From Epiperipatus broadwayi (Eukaryota > Animalia > Onychophora), in contig JAQFVV010000010.1 of the NCBI GenBank assembly GCA_028023455.1, forward strand, positions 15,066,001-15,130,000: a stretch of DNA of 64,000 bases. Reading direction: 5' to 3'. The notes below the pieces were generated by a model. That model searched no databases, was not told the DNA's origin, and saw only the letters and a program-made list of their open reading frames with translations. Positions 25,324 through 38,679 of this stretch are shown one piece after another. How positions within the stretch are numbered: position 1 is the stretch's first letter; each line of letters starts with the position of its first letter. The position numbers were made by a program, and so were the translations under genes.

Positions 25324-27100
25324 GATTTATTTATTTATTGGGGGGGGGGATAAAACTGATTTTTCAGCAAAACTTCCTAGTTCCGCGATTTTAAAGCTAA
25401 ATATGAATTCTATAAGTTTTTAATCATTTCTAATATGCAATTATTATAATTTAAAAAGTAATTAAGCAATCGAAAATACGGTAAAAATGCTTAGATTTAC
25501 CCCCTGTTTGATTTGATATATCCAGCTTTACATGCTGTTGCTTTCGTAGTTTTGGATATAATTAAGTAGACCAAACAAATGTCAGAAATTTGCAGAGCCG
25601 ATCATTTAAGTACTATGTTGAACTGAAAAATTAAAAATTAATTCTTGACATAATTCTAGTTAAAAAAAATTATTTTCTTAAAAAAAAAAAAATGAAAATA
25701 ATGATCTGTATTCATTAAAAAAAAAAATGTAAGCAAAATTTTATAGTTTTTTTTTGTCTTACTAATAACACCTATTGTTTAATTTCTTATTTGTAAAAAT
25801 AGTCAAGACCGTTATTGTGTTGATGATTATATATGTTGCTTCCGATTCTAATGATAGATTTTTACAACCTGGATAAATTGTTGCTTCAATCTTGTAATTG
25901 CTATTTATTTTTAATTTTCTATTCTGTCTTTATTATTGCATTCTTTATAAAGTGATGGAATATAAAATAATAAACATGATAAAAATTATTAATTGCTGAT
26001 GCTAATCATTTGGATTTATATAAAAATGACCAATCAACTCAGATAATTTAGTTACTTATAATTGTTTCCTCTTCCTTTCTATATCACAAAATAACTTAAA
26101 TACATTCTTCCCCTTATGGTACTAATTATTATCAATGTCATCCATTGATATCTCAATTTATTAATAACAATGATGCTTTACTTCCACAAATTAAACCTTT
26201 GTTGTTGTTTTTGGGGGTATCTACAAATAAGTAGCTAGCTTATTATGTTATAACAGTCGTTTTCAGTTTGTAATCATTTTCGATCCTCAAATGCACACCA
26301 TTACATTTAAAAAAGCATAATACTTGCTTTTGTTGCTGCAAATATTATCATAACTACTTCAGGGGTTTGGTTTTTACTGTCTATAGCAGTTTGACTTGGA
26401 GCATAGTGTAGGTGTATTAATCTCATCCTAAAGGCAGGTTAAATTGATCATCTATAACACAATCTTGTAAGCATCTGGCAACAATTGCCCATTGATGTTT
26501 ACCATCGCTTTCCATCCCTTTAACTGTGAGAGGGAAATATTCTGTCTTGAGAACAATAATCATTCATAATGCATGAGAATATAATGATATGCTACCAGGT
26601 TTTCTAGATGATAACTCTATTACATGGAACATTGTGATGCAATCTTTTCCAAATTGGTTCAATATTCTGTTTTCAGCCAACATTTAAATTTATATTGAAC
26701 AGGTGATGTAATACTTTTTTTTAACTGGAAGTTTCTTGAATGCTTTAAACAATGATTTCAATAATTTATTTTCCCTAAATAAAATTCTCTTTTATTATTA
26801 CCTATCAGATTTTAAACAGTTGGACCAAATGAAAATGATGTCATTAGTTTTAGATAATTGTTTTTTTGTTTGCTTTTTTTTTTTTGTATATGTAATACGT
26901 GTTTACGTTATCTTCTAGCTCATTTTTATTTGTAAAATAAAATGGTCATATTATTGGTGATGTTAGAAAATGCTGTAAACTGATTATGGTTTAATATTTA
27001 TTTATATATTTTGTAATTGCATAGTAAATTTTATAAGGTTAATTTCAGTTGTTGTTTTTTTAATTACACACACATATATATTTAAAAGAATAACAACTTT

Positions 27101-27200
27101 CTCCATACAATAGTGTCACCTAGTGCAAGCCATAGTAATTAATGGCTGATATAAGGTTTGCGCATCAAAATCCCTGACTAGGTGACACTATTATATGGAG
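27101..27200. repeat. Short family-A-related palindrome
   Basis: ctccatacaatagtgtcacctagt (27101-27124) vs actaggtgacactattatatggag (27177-27200): 23/24 complementary. Confidence 0.8.
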
Positions 27201-27762
27201 AACATTGCTATGATTTAACAGATTGTGTAAGCATAAGAAATGATGGTCATGTGATGTTTTAGTAGTTTAATATATATATTTGCATATTTTAATGATTGTT
27301 TATTACTCTAAATTATGCTCTCATTGAGATTCTTTTCTAGTGTTAGGATGAATACAGATTTGCTTGTTGCCATTAGTAATTAGTATCTTAGAAAAACAAT
27401 GTGGGTGTGATTAGTACAGCAATTTAGATATAAAAATGTCCAAGTTTACTAAAACTTATTAGTAAACTTGGACATTTTTTTTTTGGGCAGCTGCAAGTTT
27501 TTGCGCTAACTTTTTTTTCTTCAGTTAATCTATCCATAGATAACCTAGCCATTCAATTTTTGTTTAGTAAATGGGTATTTAGCTAAAAAAAAAAAAAAAG
27601 GGGGGGGGGGCGTAATAATCTGGTTTTTAATTTGAGTCATAGTATACTGACTTTAAACAAAAATATGATTGAATATAATGCACCCTTCACCATCGGTGGG
27701 GGAGATATCCTATTCTTATGGTAACTGTTAATGTATTTTTTTTTCTTTTCTTGCTAACAAAG

Positions 27763-27783
27763 CTGTATCACCAAGTCATTCAG
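27763..27783 (+). CDS. slpr: Microexon 1 (21 nt, phase 1-1): (P/A)VSPSHS
   Basis: ttttcttttcttgctaacaaag|CTGTATCACCAAGTCATTCAG|gtaaat; pyrimidine tract, AG, strong donor, frame-preserving. Confidence 0.75.
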
Positions 27784-28105
27784 GTAAATTCCATTTGTTT
27801 CTCATCAATTTCAATTTTTTTCAATTCTCTTTATAATAAATCCCGTTTTGCATCAATTAAGAGTATTTTTTATTTACTAGTGCTCCATTTTTGTTCTTTT
27901 TTTTAATATATTATTTATTATATATACTTCGGTTAATTTTTCTTAGACACAGCTTAGCATAAGATTGTAATAAACTTTTACATTTAAACTTTTCTTATTT
28001 AGCGTTCCTAGCGCTTATGTTTTTCATTTTTTTATTTATTGTATATCATGCTATTTTCTTTGCTTGTCTGTTAATTGTATTTTTTTTCCTCTCGTTTTTT
28101 TAAAG

Positions 28106-28126
28106 CTGTATCACCGAGTCACTCAG
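28106..28126 (+). CDS. slpr: Microexon 2 (21 nt, phase 1-1): (P/A)VSPSHS
   Basis: ttttcctctcgtttttttaaag|CTGTATCACCGAGTCACTCAG|gtaatt; differs from microexon 1 only at two synonymous third positions. Confidence 0.75.
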
Positions 28127-29087
28127 GTAATTCATATTGGAATTTGTGCAAACTTTCTTATAGCATTTTATAACTCAGTTATTAAAAAAGGAAAAATATT
28201 TCTTTTTATCACTATAATTTTATACATTTTAAAATTCTTTAATAAATTTTTGTGGCAATAATTTCATCATAAAACTTTTTTCTTTCGATTGTTTTATATC
28301 TAAGAAATATATATATATTGTTATTGCAAAGTTAAATATTGTATTCTCCTTTCAGTCTTTTACCAGTTAAGTGTCTCAATTTACCTCTTTTCCTATTCCT
28401 AATAATTCTCATCTGACCAATGAGGTATTTAATTAAGATTAGCTTACCGATAACAAAACTTTTAATTTAATAAATAAATTGGCTTTTTAACTTATAAATG
28501 AGTTTAAAAAAGAACATTACATAATCGGTCTTTCATTAATATACTGTTACTTTGTTCACATAAGTGTGTGTGTATATATATATATGTTGTATAGAAACAT
28601 AGCAAATAACTTTTTCCAAATAATATGTCAAAAAGTTGGATGTTACTTTCATATTCATAAGCTTGTAAGAAGAACCTGGGTTTAAAAATTCTCAAATTGT
28701 TGGGATCTAATGGAGCATTGATATCTGAAACTGTTTTAATGTTTCAAGATCAAATATCTCAATAATAATGACTGCTGTCCCTAAATGGAGAGAATGAGTC
28801 TTTTAAAAATAACTGTGGTTAAGATTCATTGTTTATTGAGAGAAATTGTTAATCTTAAGAAGAATTGTAATCAGAATATCTATTTTCAAATAAATCATTA
28901 CAGAGATCAACACACATCTGAAATTCTGTTAAAATGATGATTGAATGCATGTTAATAATTTTTATTAGTTATTCATAAGACTGGAGATTATCCACTTAAT
29001 GAATAATATTTCCAAAGTATAATTTTCAGTACACACAAGGTAGGGACTGGTTTCCTACCCACTATTAACACCTTGTGGAGGAGGGTA

Positions 29088-29327
29088 ATCATAAACATAT
29101 GACCAAAGACGTGAAAAAGATATATGACCTTCATTATGTGCTGAACCAGCACTCATCAGTTGACCCATACATATCTTTATCATTGTTCAGTAAAGAGATC
29201 ATGTATACTGGACAATGATAACGATATGTGTAAGAGAATGTGAGCTGCACCAACTGATGAGTGCTGGTTTAGCGTAAAATGGAGATCATACATCTTTTTC
29301 ACATATCTTTGGTCATATGTTTATGAT
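29088..29327. repeat. Family B fold-back (inverted pair with degenerate CUGAUGA cores)
   Basis: atcataaacatatgaccaaaga...aaccagcactcatcagttg pairs with caactgatgagtgctggttt...tctttggtcatatgtttatgat. Confidence 0.85.
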
Positions 29328-32008
29328 CACATCCCTCTACAATCCTTACCTTGTGTGAATGATATACTGAAAATTACACTACAAAAATATTCATTAAATG
29401 ATTGAATGCACATTATAAAATTAAATATCGCATCGTTTATCATTTCCCTGAACGCTGAAAAGGGTTTTTGTTTAATGATCATTAAGACAAGTTTATTCCA
29501 GATTGTCTCCTTGTAATTACAAAACATAATGATGGAGTTGCCATGCTCATATTATGGAAGTTTTTTATTCTGTTCAACAGACTATTTAAACAGTTGGGGG
29601 TCAAACATTATTTCAGATAACATTGTTATCTTCCAAGATTATAATTTTTCAATATATACCTCCCATGCAATAAAATAGTTGTGTGAAAATCATGAGAAAA
29701 ATGATATATATATATATACAATTCTTTAACTTCCCAAATAACCTAATTTAAATATTATAGAATCTCCACAGACTATTTTTGGATGAATGTAATTGATGTC
29801 TAATATTTCTATAGATGCTTTTCATAATTAACATTCATCCATATAAAATACAACCAATTTTTAGTTCAAATAATGGTACTCTGTATATGATAATCTTCAA
29901 TTTTCTCCTTTCTTTAACATATAAATGTGCATGCACACACACATCTTTATTCTGAAGTTAAAGTTGAATATTGAGTAAAATTCCCGGACATTAAAATAAC
30001 CCATTAACCGAAATATAAATGGGGAAAGTCATGATATATTTATTGTGGATATTTTCTATCTTCTTCATATAAATTTAACTATCATTCTTCAGAACACCGT
30101 TTAGTATCATGGGATTTTTTCCTTATCTTTCCTCCATTTCTCAGCCTTGTTTTTTCATAAAGCTTCTTATTCATTCATAAACAATTGAATTTCACTTTGC
30201 TCTGTTATTTTATTTTACTAATCTTACGTATATGTGAGTATATATACTTCAAAATTACTTATTAATATTATTGTTTCTTTGTATTTTGTTTTTAATTTCA
30301 AAAATATATTGTATGATTTATTTATTTTTATTATACAAAGATTGTTACTCTTAACTCTCTCATGATGTTTACCACTTTATGACCCTTATTTGAATTGTTG
30401 TCTATTAACTGTATTATTTTGATCTTATATGATTTTCTTTTAGAACTATAATTGTTTTTCAATTTACCTGTTATATAATGCAATGGACATTAATGATGCT
30501 TTAAAGGGCAAACCTAGGATAGTTGATAACGCACATTTAAGATGCTGTTTTGAGTAATTATTTATCTGTTTTATATTTGGTTAAGTCTGGGTGGTGTACT
30601 TCATCATCATCATACTCGTCATTCAATTGGGTGCCATCAGGTTTTATATTTTGGTTAAATTGGATAGTATTGCTGTATCATTGGAATAATTTCTTACATA
30701 ATTATAGCTGTGAATGTATTTGTTTTCCTCTATTTATCAAATAAAATGCAATAGAATATTAACTATAATACATAAAAAAATTAACAGTGCTATGTATATG
30801 TTAAATTTAAATGAAACATCAGAGAGTGAAATTAACTTTGCTTAATGTCTTTTAAGTTCAAAATTTCTATCAAATTCTGGGAATCTTTGTTATGATGAAC
30901 AGCTTGAAAGAAAATGTGTGAATTAACTGCATATTTTTAGGATGTAGCTTCAGTGTTCCATATTTCTGTAGTTTTGTCAGTATTTTTCTCATTGGCAAAT
31001 ATTTTGCTGATAGGATGTCTGCTCATCAATAGAATATTTAACAATATAGTATCAGTCTCTTAATATTGCAATATTATTTGCATGTTTGCATATAAATATG
31101 CTGGATAAATTTAAATATTCATAGCTGGAAGTCATTTATTCCTGTGTTAAATATTAGAAAGAAAGCATTTGTATAAATATTTTAATCAAAAAAACAAAAT
31201 TTGTAATGTAATTAGAATAAAGTTTGGAATGTAATTATTTGTTAAAACTTATTTAATTTTGTTAATTATGTAAGAAGCCCCAACTCCATGTGATATCTGA
31301 AAAATCTTACATCAGTGGTAAGAAAACCTGAAAAGGTTTAAAAAAGGGTGTTGAGCTATTGTTAAAAAAGTTACTAATCAGAGCCAATCAAAATTAATCA
31401 GTAGTTTTTATTAATTACAATTTTTTAGCTAAATATTTAGATGTTAATTTGAATTATTCTTCTTATTGAATAAAAAAATATCCAGTAAATAATTATATTA
31501 AAATTATCTCTAAAAATAAATTTATTTAAATATATATATACATATATTGTTATCATATAAAGAAATAAAATAATTCTTATAATCTCAATGTAGATATTAG
31601 TTAGTTACCTAAATAATTTTTTTCTTAATTTGATTTCTCATTGAATTTCTATCTTACTTTATGTAATTTCAATCTCTCCTTTATATATATCTTTTGTCTA
31701 TCTGCATGTGATTAGTTATTTACTATGGAATGATCATTTCGATATCTAGATATTGGCGTTGATAATATAAAATGGGTTTAGATTAAAGTGGCATTGAAAT
31801 TATCTCATTTGTGTGGTTTTAATAAATATAAGCAAAAAAAAAAAAAAATCAGTATTATAATTTATATAGTAAATTGAAAAAAAGGTTTTTATCTATAAAC
31901 TGAGATCTGCGGGTTATAAATATCTTGGACATAAGTGCACCCCAAGTTTAGACATTAAAATCATTTAGTTAAGATTGTTTTAGGTTTGAATAGATAAATA
32001 GAGTAAAT

Positions 32009-32449
32009 CAGGGGTGGGCAGTTGTTTTGGCTCGGGGGCTGCAGAGGTTGGCAGAGAGCCGCATTGTGAAAGCGAAGGTTAGCTGAGGGCCGCACCTTTT
32101 TTTCATGATGCAATAAACACTACTTTATTCTCTGTATTACCAAAAAAATATTTGTTTGTCCATTCTTCATTAAACACATGATATTCATCACCGATTTTTT
32201 ATTTTTTCAGAGGGTTCATGGTTTCACTAAAATTGGAAATGTATATATTTGCTAATGCAAAGACAAAATTTAAATTAACCAGATCAACTGGAAAAGCACT
32301 GCATATCATATCAATACTGCGCATGTGTATTGACATGGCCATCCTAGTAGAAAATAAGAGACGAATCTTCGGTCATGCATGGGAAGGAAATCTCAGTTCA
32401 AGGCAGATATTTCTGATTGTCTTGGTGGGCCACTATTTGCCCATTCCTG
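32009..32449 (-). mobile_element. hAT (Buster/SPIN-like) MITE, copy 1
   Basis: TIR CAGGGGTGGGCA / TGCCCATTCCTG; perfect 8-bp TSD GAGTAAAT (nnnTAnnn); reverse complement of 48199-48667. Confidence 0.92.
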
Positions 32450-33469
32450 GAGTAAATCATGATTTTTTTTGTTTAAACCTCCATAAATCTTGTTATTAAT
32501 AACAACCTTTACTATGAAATAATTATACAATAATTTAAACAAAAAAAGTAATGCCATTAATTCCCTTTTTTTACTATTTGGCCATGAAAATAAAATGATA
32601 TTTTTAGATGTTGCACAATTCTAATTCGTCTTCTTTTTGGTTTATGTATGTAAAATAAGAAAATTGAACAGGCTGGATAATCTATAATTTTTTTTAAGAT
32701 CTGAATTATTTATTTTGCTTTAACAGTAGTTTCTCTTATATTTTTACGCATTAAATAGGTTGTTTGTTCTTACACTTCTGCAGTAGTAGATTGCAGAATC
32801 TTACTAACGCCAATTGGGTGACTTTCACTGAATTGAGATGTCTCCGAATTATGCTGTGCTTCCTTATGTTCAATTTTTGGAACCAAATGCTGTTATTTTA
32901 AAATATTTTTCTAGTTTATTTTTTATTCTTTTTTTTCAGTAATGTGAAGTATTTTTATGTATATTTACTTTATTTTTTATTTAGAAATGAAAATATAATT
33001 TGATAATAAATTTCTTTTATTTCTATCAAATACTTGATCGTATATCTCGTACATGGAGCTAGGGTATATGCAAAATGTACAGACAAAGGAACATACTTCA
33101 CTAAGAAATGAAAAGATATGTTGAAGTTTAATGTCATTACAATGCAAATTTATTAAACAATGAAATTGTGGAATATACACCTAATTAAGGGCATATTTAT
33201 AGTAAAATAAAATTGATTGATTTCTGTTTATAGGCTGGGTGAGAAATAATATTAAATTAGAAATAAAATGTTTAGAAGGATGCAGCACACAAAGCATTTA
33301 TATCCATATATATCTACATAAAAAATAAGATGTATAGATAATGCATTTGTGAGGGGGATGGAAAAGAGATTATAAACAAATTAGTCAGAATAAAAGAAAG
33401 ATATTGTGAAAAATGAATATGAAAAATTGTTTAAAATAAAATATAATGGTGAGTCAATAATTGTATACA

Positions 33470-34250
33470 CTTAGGCTGTATAATTTATTTTAAAAAACTT
33501 TCAGAAAAGAAAAATACATCATTTTGCAACATAATTTTCCAGCTTTTCAAAACATTGTCTATCTATCAAGAAGCTTTTGTATTCCTTCATTAAAAAATGT
33601 TTTAGGCTGAGCTGTAAGCCACAAATACACTGTTACCCTTCTTTATCAAACATAAATCTCCATCCTTACATGGCTCTTTCCAGGACCAAACAGATGATAG
33701 TCAGATGGTCAAAACTACAGAAAGGGTGCTCCAACATCTCAAAATTAAAAACTTTTGGACAGCAGTTTGTGCTGGTGCATTGTTGTGCAACATACAATGC
33801 TCTTGGATATAGCCTTCTAAAGTTGTGACCATTCCAATATAATAAATGTTATTGATTGTTGAACCTTTTTTCTTGATAATGTTCCAATACTGACCCTTGA
33901 GAATCCCAAAAATTGTAGGAATCAATTTTCTAGCTGATAATTAATACTGACATAAACTTCCTTGAACTTCTCTGATAATGACAAAACACTTTCTTAATAC
34001 TGTACACAAATTCTTCAATAAATATTGGCACCAAACACTCCCTCAGACACAAAAAAATGAATCCCTGCAAACTGCTTTTCTTTTGTACAAATCACAAGTC
34101 GGGCAGCTACCCATTATTTCTCACACCAGACTCATAATTGAATGTTCAAAACTGCATAGCAGTGACTGGGAAGAGATCTCATACAGGATGCATTGATAAG
34201 ACAGTGCAGCCAGAAGAAATTTTAATATAAGCAGAATGTGAATAATTTTT
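33470..34250 (-). mobile_element. Degraded mariner transposase relic
   Basis: Minus strand: WVAARL (WVPxxL), MLHNNAPAQT (LHDNAxxH), FEMLEHP..SDYHLFGP (HPPYSPDLAPSDYHLF). Confidence 0.75.
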
Positions 34251-36209
34251 GACTCACTCTCATATATATGGTTTGAAGGGTAAAAAGATTTAATCCAGTT
34301 TCTCCAATCTCTAACCTCTTTTCCACATCACACCAGCATACTTCTAATGAATTATGTTTTTTCTTTCACTATTCCTCTTTAGAAACAGTTAAAGAGATTT
34401 TTATTGCAGTAGTGGCTATTTTAAAGTTTGTTACTTTTTACCTATCATTAGTATCATCCTAACTCCGGAAAGGAGGATGGAGATTGATAAAGAGGAACAA
34501 AAATTAAAAGTTTTTAACCTATCTATAAACCACGTTTCACATCCAGCTCTTAATTTCACATCTTACCATGCTTCCTTTTAATCTCATCTGTAATAAGCTT
34601 CTATTTGTGAAAAATTTCAATAACTTGCCTAATTGTAGCTTTCTATTATATTCTGCCTTTGGTTCATAATCTACCAATGAAACTGTATATTCATAATGCT
34701 TATGCACCATGCTTGGAAATTACAACAGTTAACTTTGTTTTAAGCTGTTAGTGTAGGATTTAACAATACTTTGATTTCAATTGTTGTTATATAAAATTGC
34801 TTATAAGTATATACTTATACAATTTATAGAATAAATTAAACTTCTTTGTCAAAAAGAAATGTATCATGTAGATAAAACTGATTCACTATATATTAAATGA
34901 AATAATTGATGCTTGAACATGATAAGTTGTTGTTTTTTTAATGAATTTTTATCATAGGATTTTGGCTATCATATACAATTGTGAATAAATACATATTTAT
35001 ACAAAACATACAATTAAATTAAATTTCATAAAAGAGCAATATTATGGATACTATATTCTGATTACATGTTTTTGAAATATCCTGACATTAGAAACTACCA
35101 CCATTTATTGTCTTATGCTTTAAAAATAAAATTTTAGCATAGAATTTTATTTTTTTTTGGTGTCATACATTGTACAATTAGGAATCAATATGTATTACAA
35201 GTGTTTATATTGCATACAGATAAATACATTTTGTCCTAATAGTTCATATATTCATTATTTCCATTAATATGCACACTATAATAATTGATGTCTTTGTAAA
35301 TATTTTTGGAATCCCATATTGACTGATCTAACTGTTGAGAAAATAGAGGGCTTCATGCAGTTCATATAATTTTAAACCATCTTTTTTTGGTCTTTCCCAT
35401 TTGGAATAGTAAAAGATCCTTAAATGGGAATTTTCAAGCGTACAACAATGCATTTACCATGCGAAACATTTGTTTCATTTGGAAAATAATTATAAGTACA
35501 GTAATTCATTTTTGAGTATAGTGATCTATGCTAAATCGTAATTAAGGATTCCCAGTTTAATAATCTGTTCTTGTTAGTGATTTTTGAGTTTTCAGAAAGT
35601 AGTATATTCAGAATATTTAGATAGCAAATAAAAATTGAACTCAAAATTGCTATGTGCAGAAATATTGTTGCATAAATACAATCCCATTGTTGAAGTCAAT
35701 ACATGAGGATAATTAATAGCATGAGAAATTTGTAAAAACTGATATTTACGTCAATCCAACTGGCTATAAACAATGAAGTTTAAAAAAAGAAAATGAAAAC
35801 ATATAAAAAAGAACTGCTTATATCAGACAAGGTAAGAAGAGTATATTCATCAGATACTTACTCATAGTGGAAAGTCAGTCAGTCCACTATATCCATCAAC
35901 AGTGAACCATATCAATAGCCATAGTTTAGCATGCGACTTTTATCTATGCATTCAGATTTGAAAATAAAGCATATTATGGGGGGAAATTATTAGTGAAGAT
36001 ATTTATAATTCTATAATAGTTACGAATGAAAAATGTAGTTCTTTTATTTATATTATTATTTTTAATATATTTAAAAATTAGATATTACATTTATTTAGAT
36101 AATTTTTATATAGTCTTCAGATTTGTTTTAAGAAAAAAGTTACCCAAATATATACACATATATATTTTCTTACCTGATTTATTACATGTTTTTTTTTTTT
36201 TCTTTCAAG

Positions 36210-36227
36210 TCTCTCCGAGTCACTCAG
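36210..36227 (+). CDS. slpr: Microexon 3 (18 nt, phase 1-1): (V/L)SPSHS
   Basis: tttttttttttttctttcaag|TCTCTCCGAGTCACTCAG|gtaata; long U tract, frame-preserving, same peptide. Confidence 0.72.
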
Positions 36228-36399
36228 GTAATAATATATTATTGTGCATCTGAGTTTTTTTTTATCTTTTGAGTTCATCTTGTTTTTAAGTGTTTATTTC
36301 ATTTTTTAAGATTATACATGTGCATATAAATTTATAAAATATTCAGAACCAATTATAAGCCATTTCAAAAATATTAATTATATTATTATTATTAGATGC

Positions 36400-38040
36400 T
36401 CTTAATTTGATCTAGTCTCCTGGATAATATTTCTCTGGAGTGATCTATCATCTGCTGATTTGTCAAATTCCTCAGTATTCTTTTAAGGATAGCAATCCTT
36501 TCATCTCATGGTTTCAGTTGGTAATTTGTACTTCAAGTAAAAGTTGTGGATTAATTTATTTAGTATTAATTTTCATTTCTTCCCCAAGGAACTTTTGCTA
36601 TCCTTCCTCTCAAGGTCCACCATTTACTTACATAGAGAATCATTGGAAATACATAACTTGAACAATTCTGATTCATTTTTAAAAACTTGACACTACATAA
36701 TTGAAACTCGTATTTCTTTGTATTTTTTGCCTCTTGAAATCTTTGTTATTTAAATGATCCTACAATATGAAAATTGATAGCATCTATGTCTTCATTATCA
36801 ATTTTGAAATTAACTGATGTCTTTGTCATTATGATTTCTTCATATTATGACAATTTCTTTAGACTTATATTCCTAAATAAATATTTTCAGACTTTCCCTA
36901 TGATTGGCTATAGGAAACATCATTTAGGATATATAAAATTATTGTTGTTTCTTCTATCTTGAATTTGCATTTGTCTAATGTAATTTTTTTCATTAAACAT
37001 TCAATGTGTAATTTCAGTAAATAGACAATTTGGAACTCTTAACTCTTGCCAATCCTTTATGTTCACCATGCCCTATTTTATCTATAATTTCTAGTCCCAT
37101 GTAGATTTCTCTTGAGAGTAATGAAATGCTTTAACTTTTCCTAAGAATATTCCATCTTAAAAAGCCTTGTTCTAATCATTAAAGCATATTACCTGTTATA
37201 GTATTCCTTGGCTATTTTAATTATTTGATGCGCTTATAAGAGATATTATATTATAGCTTGGACACTTTAACAAAATTTCTTTATTTGGTTTTGGAATATA
37301 AAATTTGATTTATCTCTAACTATCTGTTGAATAGTTTTCTATATTTATTGGTATATTTTAGTGATGAGAACTTTTACAGGTTTTTTTGAAATAAATTTTT
37401 TGATGCAATGCTGTCATTTTTTTACAGAACGATCTCAAAGCTAATTTAACCTCCGCCAAAAGTATTCTATATGGTTTAACTATTCTCTTTATTTCTTTAA
37501 TGTTTGATCATTGTTACTTAAGTAATAATCTGTCCATGTGTATTTTTCAGTAAAATCTTTTGAATTTGAAACTTCGTTTGATAAATCATGAATTGCCTTA
37601 AAAACTATTTGTTTTTCGAAGTTCATTTTCAATTATATTGCAAATATTACAATATTGTTTCTTGCTTGAGGGAGGGGGGGATATTTTTGGGAATTTCTCT
37701 AATATCTTTTAGCATTTTTAATTATTTTTGGATTCTCTTTTTTCCTTGGCAATTACCACTGCATTCTCTGATTTTTTACTTAATCAGTCAAACTTTTCTT
37801 AATTTAATTTTTTTTTCCTACCCATTGATTTTCCATCAATTACATTCATATACCTCAAAATTATTTTTGCTGTTATTCTTAAAAGGGATGGACATTTTCT
37901 CTAGATTGAACATTGGATAAGCTTGTAGAGAAGTTCTTTTCTTAATGTCTCAAAACTTTGCCTATAAATAATTTTTGGCTCTGACCCTCAGTCTGCTCCT
38001 GGCCAAGTTTTCATTACTAAAATTCAATTCTTCTGGGATA
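36400..38040 (-). mobile_element. Degraded RTE (BovB-like) LINE
   Basis: Minus strand KTWPGAD.GS(DH) endonuclease end and FIPKPNK...C.SY..ISLIS RT motif; many stops. Confidence 0.65.
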
Positions 38041-38632
38041 TGCCAAATAGATGGATATTAAAAATAAAAATGACTGAAATTTTGGTCAAACCATCTATTC
38101 TTTAATGTGTTTTTCTCAAAATTCTTGTATTATAAAAACATACATATATAAATCTATTTTTTATATTTAATGTAAACTATTGATAATATGACGAGAATGA
38201 TAAAAGATAAATATGTTAATACAACAAAGTTATCTAACATTTACATTATCATTCCGCTAATATATTTTTATTTCTGTTTGCTGGTTAGTTTGAAAGTCAG
38301 TAATCTTTTCTACAATATAAAGTTGCACTCAGAACTCTCTTTTGTAATCCACTATTGCCCTGAAGAAAATAGGATATTATTGAAATGTTGGAAAATATCT
38401 TGTATACTATAATAATGATCAAGACTATTATTATACTGAATTTTCTTATCTGTTTTTACTTATGATGAAACCCAAAGAATACTTGATTCATGTAATAATT
38501 TTAAAAATCTCTCAAATCTATAATTTTTTAAAATGCATCATTACAGACTAAAATAGTAATAATACTTAGTGTGATGATGTAATAGATAATTGTTAAGCAT
38601 AGATAACTTTATTATATAAATATATATTTAGT

Positions 38633-38679
38633 CCACTAGAGGGAGCCTGGGACTCCAGTTCACGCTATTACAGGCTCCC
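38633..38679. promoter_or_regulatory. CTCF-like motif CCACTAGAGGGAGC overlapping a 9-bp hairpin (gggagcctg/caggctccc)
   Basis: Matches CCASYAGRKGGCRS at 13 of 14 positions; GC island in an AT-rich intron. Confidence 0.35.

Noticed and set aside
26380-26800. Possible transposase fragment
   Set aside because: No recognisable motif recovered in any frame.
32940-32948. 9-nt microexon candidate TAATGTGAA after a strong U tract
   Set aside because: Weak donor (AA|gtattt) and in-frame TGA; no supporting similarity.
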